Below, one piece after another: positions 56,701 through 64,000 of a stretch of DNA of 64,000 nt (position 1 is its first letter; every line of letters begins with the position of its first letter). The notes under the pieces were generated by a model that did not search any database, was not told where the DNA came from, and saw only the letters and a program-made list of their open reading frames with translations. The translations under genes were made by a program, and so were the position numbers. Where the stretch lies: NCBI GenBank assembly GCA_000004985.1, contig GG738924.1. One strand, written 5' to 3'. This DNA comes from Naegleria gruberi. Taxonomy: Eukaryota.

Positions 56701-56926
56701 TACTCGATTGCTTGTTTGACATTTTATAAATTTATTGCTTCTTCTGCTGATTGGAAGTTTTGATGTGTGTTTTGCAAGTTTCTTGATCAAAGTGGAAATT
56801 TATATTTAGACTTTCTTGCAGTTCGTCAGCAAGTAATTGTACTACATTGTAGAATTGCTTGCAGTTCAAAAAATAATTGCTTGCATTTCATTGTAGAATT
56901 GCTTGCACTTCATTGCGTAACCACAG
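53718..56926 (-). mobile_element. Intact pogo/Tigger-like (Tc1/mariner superfamily) DNA transposon, about 3.2 kb, with 69-72-bp terminal inverted repeats and TA target-site duplications
   Basis: Left end TA|CTGTGGTTACGCAATGAAGTGCAAGCAATTCTACAATGAAATGCAAGCAATTATTTTTTGAACTGCAA (53718..~53789). Its reverse complement is found at ~56855..56926, followed by TA. Subterminal copies of the cattgtagaattgcttgca motif lie inside the right end. The element encodes a single uninterrupted 920-aa transposase. End coordinates may be off by 1-2 nt. Confidence 0.85.
53960..56722 (-). CDS. pogo-type transposase (CENP-B/Tc5-like HTH + DDE_1 catalytic domain) fused to a C-terminal Ulp1/SENP-like C48 cysteine-protease domain
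   Basis: HTH: KLVEKYKEQYSTPDRGSQQEFAKQNNISPSQFSRYL. DDE_1: KIVVFDETGTNT...GDILLWDNLSHHKCKSV...INILLPVGGHHQSPLDNMCFRYAKREL. Ulp1-like C-terminus: SLHWYLLIYD...WFLFDSFAKD...QVDGNHCGDYCVLLMDF (His/Asp/Gln/Cys). By my reading of the displayed sequence the ATG falls at 56721..56723, one nt past the ORF-track end. Coordinates are taken from the ORF track. Confidence 0.8.
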   Translation of the reverse strand: MSNKQSSSYDTSPQSFSSYSNLIDLLPSVSQVPSWTCTQDQPDNTPIKKKDEKTPGKKKEEKPKKLKKGTKRKFENVEEAIHDQLTMKNVKFLKEFLKSEFGETGGNLRKDALVAKLVTRICSSVEEETDERDESFEDNIKKKALLIVERNQETYNESQAKKAKLVNLEETEKKENPDDKIVLIGFKNKRKVGYVQKTREEQIKLVEKYKEQYSTPDRGSQQEFAKQNNISPSQFSRYLSACKRNELTLKVERGHPPPLLLKDQILQVIDITRKERSEKKQVSNIRLGEIMKEVAGLKKTPSVDYISKFSKKFLYKRKIKTTITKRERIETAYEQLYRTYYYYCFYAAIMFRNLKSIDRSKIVVFDETGTNTKATERTNTPIKDDDAVVLQLADDIKDTFLVAVTAEGGVLPVSIVESVPGKKSTINGNKVTVEEKIAGVHIEHIEQWVEKVYIPNSKEGDILLWDNLSHHKCKSVQKILKQHNRINILLPVGGHHQSPLDNMCFRYAKRELADWKKNNSNSDRKSRNAAFEQIISNMNPDVIVNSFRKCLMDIWNYDSEEEYLKYVRASLKMNNDLYDLYIREFNPMCIGQFYVELPTPSVKVETDEKLDQDPILDDVNNPWIDSDSMKENFDQKQVEQISKIILHIQNKTEFNHNIQQNAANLQLYVLSTETIACSITLSTEALETIKDDTVFLPGNTFDIFGICFSKISSQYLQYIPSDFSQRVTNQSKKFIETNLPKSMKFTSKGFIIFPVARSLHWYLLIYDCQSTDWFLFDSFAKDFSVIESETSELFEMLPSFIVKPKTVRKTLQKKIQVDGNHCGDYCVLLMDFLSAGFSLSDAVDIMTKPFSISNYRAILVARLKHLHVVEFEPQSPLSESEGFQSEPKKSSKIELGDYDEELDELFNESWEDSIFGKKIQ

Positions 56927-56928
56927 TA

Positions 56929-58050
56929 AATTAAAATTGTAATATTTATTAACGTCTCTTGTATCGTAAAGACCTGAGAGACGAGGTCTACAACCAGTAA
57001 GTTTCGGTTCAGCGTTTAAGTGTTATGGGTTGACGCTAAGTGGTTGGTTAGACTGAGCCTGCCTGTGGTAGGCAGAGAGGTATTTCCTGTTAATAGTGAA
57101 GCTTGCATTGGGACGGTTGTACCACACTGAGTTCTTGTAGCAATTTTCCAAATAAATAGCTAGTGCTTTGTAGACTTCTAGGGCCACATTCTTAGGTATT
57201 CTTTTGCGCTTAGACCAGTTAAGCCAGTCATTACGGGAGCAACGACCATCAAATTCTATCCTAAGTTGAGAGGATTCTGAGATATCAGGAGGGAAACGAA
57301 TCTTGTTAAGGCTAAATTTCTGGGAGATAGCGTCCCATGTGGCATACAGTTCATCCTTTTCAGGATTGCATTTGGGACAAGTTTGGAATACGTGGGTCCA
57401 ATCTTCCTTGACATTACATTTGTCACAAATACTGTCGTTACCTAGTAAAATTGAGTGGTGGAGATTAAAGTAGAGGAGTCTTTGCTGATAATAAGACAAG
57501 AGAGAGTTTCTCCAGAAGGAGAGAGTGCTATTATGCCAATTATAGTCATTGTCTAATTGGCCCAACTTATTAATAATTTTCTTGGATCGCTGAGTTTCAA
57601 TGATAGCATTTCTAAGGTTGGAGACAGGCTTGTGATTGGTACGGTTACACAAGACCCATCCATTATCTGTGGATTTGAAGTAATATTTCAGATCTTTCAT
57701 TGTAGCGGCAGCATTTTTCCACAGTGAATCTGTAGTTTCACCCTTGAGCGCCTTATTTATCATGGCTCTTGCGATTTTTTGGGTGATAGGAGAGGTAGAA
57801 TTGACAAACCTACAGACAGATGCCATCCTTTCCACGTGACTTATATCAACTGGAGATGAAAGCCCAAGTCCACCCTGGGATTTATCACCATATATAACGG
57901 CTTTAGAGAGCCTGTTGTCACATCCAATTCTTTTCTTAATAATTCCACTAATTTTGACTTCCAATTTTTCCAATAGTGAAAGTGGAATAGCATCTACGCT
58001 TGAGAGGTATCTAGGTACAGAAAGCACCTTAGATAATATTACGTTCCTCA
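56929..58050 (-). mobile_element. 3' portion of a non-LTR (LINE-type) retrotransposon, 5'-truncated by the assembly gap
   Basis: ORF 57023..58027 encodes the C-terminal part of a LINE ORF2-like protein (YGDKSQGGLGLSSP... and a C-terminal Cys/His knuckle CDKCNVKEDWTHVFQTCPKC). An A/T-rich 3' tail with a short hairpin lies at 56929..57022. Local GC is higher than in the flanks. The ORF runs straight into the N-run. Confidence 0.55.
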
Positions 58051-60503
58051 NNNNNNNNNNNNNNNNNNNNNNNNNNNNNNNNNNNNNNNNNNNNNNNNNN
58101 NNNNNNNNNNNNNNNNNNNNNNNNNNNNNNNNNNNNNNNNNNNNNNNNNNNNNNNNNNNNNNNNNNNNNNNNNNNNNNNNNNNNNNNNNNNNNNNNNNNN
58201 NNNNNNNNNNNNNNNNNNNNNNNNNNNNNNNNNNNNNNNNNNNNNNNNNNNNNNNNNNNNNNNNNNNNNNNNNNNNNNNNNNNNNNNNNNNNNNNNNNNN
58301 NNNNNNNNNNNNNNNNNNNNNNNNNNNNNNNNNNNNNNNNNNNNNNNNNNNNNNNNNNNNNNNNNNNNNNNNNNNNNNNNNNNNNNNNNNNNNNNNNNNN
58401 NNNNNNNNNNNNNNNNNNNNNNNNNNNNNNNNNNNNNNNNNNNNNNNNNNNNNNNNNNNNNNNNNNNNNNNNNNNNNNNNNNNNNNNNNNNNNNNNNNNN
58501 NNNNNNNNNNNNNNNNNNNNNNNNNNNNNNNNNNNNNNNNNNNNNNNNNNNNNNNNNNNNNNNNNNNNNNNNNNNNNNNNNNNNNNNNNNNNNNNNNNNN
58601 NNNNNNNNNNNNNNNNNNNNNNNNNNNNNNNNNNNNNNNNNNNNNNNNNNNNNNNNNNNNNNNNNNNNNNNNNNNNNNNNNNNNNNNNNNNNNNNNNNNN
58701 NNNNNNNNNNNNNNNNNNNNNNNNNNNNNNNNNNNNNNNNNNNNNNNNNNNNNNNNNNNNNNNNNNNNNNNNNNNNNNNNNNNNNNNNNNNNNNNNNNNN
58801 NNNNNNNNNNNNNNNNNNNNNNNNNNNNNNNNNNNNNNNNNNNNNNNNNNNNNNNNNNNNNNNNNNNNNNNNNNNNNNNNNNNNNNNNNNNNNNNNNNNN
58901 NNNNNNNNNNNNNNNNNNNNNNNNNNNNNNNNNNNNNNNNNNNNNNNNNNNNNNNNNNNNNNNNNNNNNNNNNNNNNNNNNNNNNNNNNNNNNNNNNNNN
59001 NNNNNNNNNNNNNNNNNNNNNNNNNNNNNNNNNNNNNNNNNNNNNNNNNNNNNNNNNNNNNNNNNNNNNNNNNNNNNNNNNNNNNNNNNNNNNNNNNNNN
59101 NNNNNNNNNNNNNNNNNNNNNNNNNNNNNNNNNNNNNNNNNNNNNNNNNNNNNNNNNNNNNNNNNNNNNNNNNNNNNNNNNNNNNNNNNNNNNNNNNNNN
59201 NNNNNNNNNNNNNNNNNNNNNNNNNNNNNNNNNNNNNNNNNNNNNNNNNNNNNNNNNNNNNNNNNNNNNNNNNNNNNNNNNNNNNNNNNNNNNNNNNNNN
59301 NNNNNNNNNNNNNNNNNNNNNNNNNNNNNNNNNNNNNNNNNNNNNNNNNNNNNNNNNNNNNNNNNNNNNNNNNNNNNNNNNNNNNNNNNNNNNNNNNNNN
59401 NNNNNNNNNNNNNNNNNNNNNNNNNNNNNNNNNNNNNNNNNNNNNNNNNNNNNNNNNNNNNNNNNNNNNNNNNNNNNNNNNNNNNNNNNNNNNNNNNNNN
59501 NNNNNNNNNNNNNNNNNNNNNNNNNNNNNNNNNNNNNNNNNNNNNNNNNNNNNNNNNNNNNNNNNNNNNNNNNNNNNNNNNNNNNNNNNNNNNNNNNNNN
59601 NNNNNNNNNNNNNNNNNNNNNNNNNNNNNNNNNNNNNNNNNNNNNNNNNNNNNNNNNNNNNNNNNNNNNNNNNNNNNNNNNNNNNNNNNNNNNNNNNNNN
59701 NNNNNNNNNNNNNNNNNNNNNNNNNNNNNNNNNNNNNNNNNNNNNNNNNNNNNNNNNNNNNNNNNNNNNNNNNNNNNNNNNNNNNNNNNNNNNNNNNNNN
59801 NNNNNNNNNNNNNNNNNNNNNNNNNNNNNNNNNNNNNNNNNNNNNNNNNNNNNNNNNNNNNNNNNNNNNNNNNNNNNNNNNNNNNNNNNNNNNNNNNNNN
59901 NNNNNNNNNNNNNNNNNNNNNNNNNNNNNNNNNNNNNNNNNNNNNNNNNNNNNNNNNNNNNNNNNNNNNNNNNNNNNNNNNNNNNNNNNNNNNNNNNNNN
60001 NNNNNNNNNNNNNNNNNNNNNNNNNNNNNNNNNNNNNNNNNNNNNNNNNNNNNNNNNNNNNNNNNNNNNNNNNNNNNNNNNNNNNNNNNNNNNNNNNNNN
60101 NNNNNNNNNNNNNNNNNNNNNNNNNNNNNNNNNNNNNNNNNNNNNNNNNNNNNNNNNNNNNNNNNNNNNNNNNNNNNNNNNNNNNNNNNNNNNNNNNNNN
60201 NNNNNNNNNNNNNNNNNNNNNNNNNNNNNNNNNNNNNNNNNNNNNNNNNNNNNNNNNNNNNNNNNNNNNNNNNNNNNNNNNNNNNNNNNNNNNNNNNNNN
60301 NNNNNNNNNNNNNNNNNNNNNNNNNNNNNNNNNNNNNNNNNNNNNNNNNNNNNNNNNNNNNNNNNNNNNNNNNNNNNNNNNNNNNNNNNNNNNNNNNNNN
60401 NNNNNNNNNNNNNNNNNNNNNNNNNNNNNNNNNNNNNNNNNNNNNNNNNNNNNNNNNNNNNNNNNNNNNNNNNNNNNNNNNNNNNNNNNNNNNNNNNNNN
60501 NNN
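58051..60503. other. Assembly gap (2453 N)
   Basis: Run of n. ORF-track entries 57915..60527 and 58029..60566 are translations of N and are artefacts. Confidence 1.
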
Positions 60504-60523
60504 CTGGAAAATGTAATGGAAAC

Positions 60524-61395
60524 TTGAGTTTTTATAGAAGTGTAATAGGATTTGTATATTCAACACTCTCCATAGGAGGAATTGGAATTATCATTTCCTT
60601 TTTTATTGTCTTCCTTCCAAAATTAGTATCATCAATCAAAACAAGGAAACTGATCACTTTAAATTCGATAATTATTAATATCATAGCCATGACCATTGGA
60701 TTTTCAAATTTACTTTCCATTTACCTGACTGGCTACAACCCTGCAAACTCAATGGTAGAATCAGCTATTCTCATCTTGTGCGCCTTGGCATTATTTCTTT
60801 GGTTATTGAAAAATTTGAGAATGGTGCTATATATCAAGAATAGACAATATCCATCCTATATCAAATGGATCTATATTGCTACATACTGCTGTTGTTTCGT
60901 ATTGATTGCTGTGTTTCTTCCATTGTTAGAACGTTATTACCAGGCTCAACTTCCAGTTTATTTATCATTGGCTGTAGTATTGATTGTTTCATTCTTGGTG
61001 TTCAGTTTGATTGTGTATATAGTGATGAGAAGGAGTACGGATGTGAATATTATCAAATCGTCTGTAAGTTTAGTTTAATAATTTTGAAATATTTTTAATA
61101 GTTTGTGAAATATTTATTATTTATTATTGGATTCATAATTGTCTTGTCAGCAGTATGGTATTCAGGTACTGGATGGGGTGCTTACTTGTGTGCAAATTAT
61201 CTCTTAGTATTTTCATTGTGTTTTAGTATTTCGTATATGGAATTTGAAAAGGAAGAATTTGATTTTTTATTCAATATCAAAAGATGTGGAAAGTCAAAAA
61301 CAAAACAACAAACAAAATCAAATGAAATGTTACAAAGTTTCTTGACAATATCAGAAAAAGAATCAAACTCTTCCTCAACTAGTACTTTAGAATAA
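60524..61395 (+). CDS. Seven-helix transmembrane protein (possible GPCR-like), 5'-partial after the gap. Exons 60524..61063 and 61102..61395, with a 38-nt intron 61064..61101 (GTAAGT...AATAG).
   Basis: Five hydrophobic helices in exon 1 and two more after the in-phase splice (…IIKSS|FVKYLLFIIGF…), followed by a hydrophilic C-terminal tail. The N-terminus may lie in the gap. Confidence 0.45.
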
Positions 61396-61856
61396 AGATT
61401 TGTAATTAAGTACTGTTGGAATTGACAAAATTAGAGTTAGTAAGGAAAAGCTTTGTAAAACTGAAATGAAGGTAGTTTATCAGATTGTCTTCCAGCCGTA
61501 GAACCTTACCATCTGAAATCCAATATTCCGAAATGATGAAAAACTGGTAATAAATATTTTGTTTATTATGTATTTGAATAGTAGTGATGAAAAGACATTT
61601 TCCAAGTTGGTGAAGTACATGTTGAAAATATACATGAACCTATCATCATGTAACCAATAGGAAAATCTGGTAGTGATGATGATTTTAATGAAAATACAAT
61701 ATTTATTGCTATTACAATGATGATAGTTGAATGGCGATAAATTTGGAGTCCTTCTGAGTTCCAAATTTCTTCCTTTGTGGTAACAATTAATCAAAACTCA
61801 AACAAAATACCTTTAATTCTCCTTCATCATCATCATTGCAAAATAATTCCACAATC

Positions 61857-63068
61857 ATGATGGATCAATTAAATATTGATATTCTCGGGTATGTGTTTGA
61901 ATTTCTTCCGAGAGGAACAGACAGGAAGAGAATTGCATTGGTCAACAAGACTTTTCACCATTCTAGATATTTGTTGGAGAAACGTGAAATGACTCGGATG
62001 TGGCATGATGAGAATAATTGTCTACAATATCACCCTCTCATGGAAGATGTGGTGAGTGAAGAAGAATTGGAGAAGAAACAAGAAGAATTACAAATTTCCA
62101 TACCTTTCCATTTGAAATTGTTTGTAACTGTCTTGACGAATGGTAGACAGCCATGGTCTAATACTGTTGTGCATGTTAGTAATTTGTTGGGACCTGTCGA
62201 ATCTTGGTTTTTGGACACACATAATGGTTTGGACACACAGAATGGTTATGCAATCTTGGGAGTTGATACTCAATTATCGAACATATTAACATTGAGTAGA
62301 GATGGGAGGATTAGAGTGAATGGAGACACGGTTGACTTTTTTGAGTTTGTTACGATGGTAAATCGTCCATTTAATCCAGAATTTTACAATTTTGAAAAGT
62401 TTAAAGAAAGAGTGTACTTCCCCTTCTCAATGACCAAGGAATATTATAGTACGTTGCCAGACAAGTACAAGTTTGTGGACAAGTTGACCATGCATGCTAT
62501 TGAATTGGATCCAAAATGTTATGCATATGTTCCTGATTATATCAAGATGATGAGACATATTGCCAAGAAGGTATTCATTAGAAATCCATCCTTGGGCACA
62601 TTAATTCCAAAAGAACTTTTGGAAGATACAGATTTTGTTATGGATGTTTACAAATCATCACAATCAATTCTGTTTTATGCTTCTCCAATAGGAAAATGGT
62701 GGAGTGATAGAGTTTTTATGATTGAGGCATTGAAGAGTGATGTATGTTTAATAAGAAACTGTTCTGAGGAAATACGGACTGATAGAGAAATTATTGACAT
62801 GATTATTGACATAGATGCAGCAAGTTCTTTTCAATATATTGGAAAATTCAAGGAAGATGAAGATATTGTGAAAAAGGCACTATTTAAATCAAACTTCACG
62901 ATTCTACATTATATCAATAGTGATTTTCTGCTTAATAATAGAGAACTAGTTCTCACAATATTGAAAAGTACGGAAAGTGTNNNNNNNNNNNNNNNNNNNN
63001 NNNNNNNNNNNNNNNNNNNNNNNNNNNNNNTAAAGTCAACCATTATCTTCCTACGGTACCATTTCTGA
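61857..63068 (+). CDS. Hypothetical protein with an F-box-like N-terminus, interrupted by a 50-N gap
   Basis: The ATG at 61857 gives MMDQLNIDILGYVFEFLPRGTDRKRIALVNKTFHHSRYLL (F-box-like), followed by about 350 aa of internally repetitive sequence. The ORF spans the N-run 62981..63030. Confidence 0.35.
   Translation: MMDQLNIDILGYVFEFLPRGTDRKRIALVNKTFHHSRYLLEKREMTRMWHDENNCLQYHPLMEDVVSEEELEKKQEELQISIPFHLKLFVTVLTNGRQPWSNTVVHVSNLLGPVESWFLDTHNGLDTQNGYAILGVDTQLSNILTLSRDGRIRVNGDTVDFFEFVTMVNRPFNPEFYNFEKFKERVYFPFSMTKEYYSTLPDKYKFVDKLTMHAIELDPKCYAYVPDYIKMMRHIAKKVFIRNPSLGTLIPKELLEDTDFVMDVYKSSQSILFYASPIGKWWSDRVFMIEALKSDVCLIRNCSEEIRTDREIIDMIIDIDAASSFQYIGKFKEDEDIVKKALFKSNFTILHYINSDFLLNNRELVLTILKSTESXXXXXXXXXXXXXXXXXXKSTIIFLRYHF
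62981..63030. other. Assembly gap (50 N, unknown size)
   Basis: Run of n. Confidence 1.
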
Positions 63069-63665
63069 TTCTTATGATATGAAATTGAATTCTACATCAT
63101 TATAGATCATCTACATCATGTTGGTAAAGTTTCAATAGTGGTTCTTTTTCAAGATTTTATCCTTTTCATACCTAGTTGACCATATGATGGTTGAGGGAAG
63201 AAATCTTTAAATATGAAAGTTAAAATAAATTTGATATTCGATGTTTACTAATCAAATGGAACATTTTCATATTAGGATTCAATATGTTTTGATGAGAAAC
63301 TCAAAAGTTATAGTTGACCTCTTTTACCTCACATCTTCCCTTTTCACTCTATACTTTTATACCTACCGACATGAACTTTTGAAATTTCATATGAGAGTGA
63401 TTATGAATGTTGTTAACGATGATATAGACTATATAATCTCATTAAAGGATTTTGAAATTATCATTCTTCCTAGTTTCATTTTACAAATTTTAATCTGACA
63501 TTATTTACAAAGTTAATATTTTATAAATTGAAAAACTAAATATAACACGTTGTTCTACTCATCATTTCCAATAGAATGATATAAAATTTAATGATATTTG
63601 AATAAGTTTATAATTTTGGGCTAGGGTTTGAAGGTTGGGTTTAGAAGAATTCTATTTTTAGTTCT

Positions 63666-64000
63666 GGGTTTGGGTTTGGGTTTGGGTTTGGGTTTGGGTT
63701 TGGGTTTGGGTTTGGGTTTGGGTTTGGGTTTGGGTTTGGGTTTGGGTTTGGGTTTGGGTTTGGGTTTGGGTTTGGGTTTGGGTTTGGGTTTGGGTTTGGG
63801 TTTGGGTTTGGGTTTGGGTTTGGGTTTGGGTTTGGGTTTGGGTTTGGGTTTGGGTTTGGGTTTGGGTTTGGGTTTGGGTTTGGGTTTGGGTTTGGGTTTG
63901 GGTTTGGGTTTGGGTTTGGGTTTGGGTTTGGGTTTGGGTTTGGGTTTGGGTTTGGGTTTGGGTTTGGGTTTGGGTTTGGGTTTGGGTTTGGGTTTGGGTT
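63666..64000 (+). repeat. Telomeric repeat array (GGGTTT)n, about 55 perfect units reaching the window end. Degenerate telomere-like units (ctagggtttg, aaggttgggtttag) precede it at 63614..63645.
   Basis: Perfect hexamer tandem array. The G-rich strand runs 5'->3' toward the end of the window, as expected for the right end of a chromosome. An AT-rich subtelomeric spacer (63070..63660) precedes it. Confidence 0.9.

Noticed and set aside
56699-56723. One-nucleotide inconsistency between the displayed sequence and the ORF-track frame at the pogo transposase N-terminus. The display reads agtaggctatg where the listed protein SSSYD requires agtagctatg.
   Set aside because: I could not resolve it from the sequence alone. 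It may be my misreading of a single character. It shifts nearby coordinates by at most one nt and does not affect the transposon call.
57915-60566. Two very long ORFs (870 aa and 845 aa) on opposite strands
   Set aside because: They are translations of the 2453-nt N-run (poly-X). They are assembly-gap artefacts, not genes.
63666-64000. Regular short tandem array, considered as a possible CRISPR array or satellite
   Set aside because: The units are identical 6-mers with no spacers, sit at the sequence terminus and are G-strand oriented outward. This is a telomere, not CRISPR.
1-64000. Prokaryotic-style defence island or operon structure, as the task framing suggested
   Set aside because: The window is eukaryotic: spliceosomal introns with GTAAGT donors, an intron-containing tRNA, TATA-type promoters, a telomere array, long intergenic spacers and monocistronic genes on both strands. 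No restriction-modification, toxin-antitoxin, Cas or phage-defence homologs were seen.

Overview
Eukaryotic nuclear DNA from an AT-rich (~35% GC) protist genome that ends in a telomere. Introns are few and short (38-125 nt) with GTAAGT/GTATGT donors and AG acceptors. The gene content (many RGS, BLUF, adenylyl-cyclase, F-box/LRR and 7TM genes) is amoeboid or heterolobosean-like, Naegleria-like by my judgement; I cannot confirm the species. There are no prokaryotic features (no operons, CRISPR or defence islands). I can support about 27 protein-coding loci and two tRNA genes. The protein-coding loci include a CSB/ERCC6-like SNF2 ATPase, a Nup50/Nup2-like FG nucleoporin, TRAPPC3/Bet3, a Diaphanous-type formin, a PMCA Ca2+-ATPase, a SWIM-RING E3 ligase, an NHL-repeat protein, an F-box/LRR protein, a DUSP phosphatase, an arylamine N-acetyltransferase and a decayed AGPS pseudogene. 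The two tRNA genes are tRNA-Ala(UGC) and an intron-containing tRNA-Cys(GCA). The right end is subtelomeric. It holds an intact pogo-like DNA transposon whose transposase is fused to a Ulp1/SENP protease domain, with 69-bp TIRs and TA target-site duplications. Next comes a 5'-truncated non-LTR retrotransposon tail abutting a 2.45-kb assembly gap, then a 50-N gap, degenerate telomere-like repeats and about 55 perfect GGGTTT units running to the window end. The most interesting content is a concentration of G-protein and cyclic-nucleotide signalling genes. Three paralogous RGS + START-like proteins are present, and one of them carries a C-terminal canonical BLUF flavin blue-light sensor domain, a candidate light-regulated GAP. 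This RGS-START-BLUF architecture is, to my knowledge, undescribed. A tandem pair of 7TM-RGS (AtRGS1-like) receptors, a receptor-type class III adenylyl cyclase with an extracellular sensor domain, PMCA and DUSP also sit in the cluster. Several genes carry single frame disruptions: a -1/+1 shift in the CSB N-terminus, a 1-bp deletion in the formin FH1 repeat, an in-frame TAG inside the RGS domain of the BLUF gene, and three frameshifts plus loss of the FAD domain in AGPS. These could be draft-assembly errors or real pseudogenisation.
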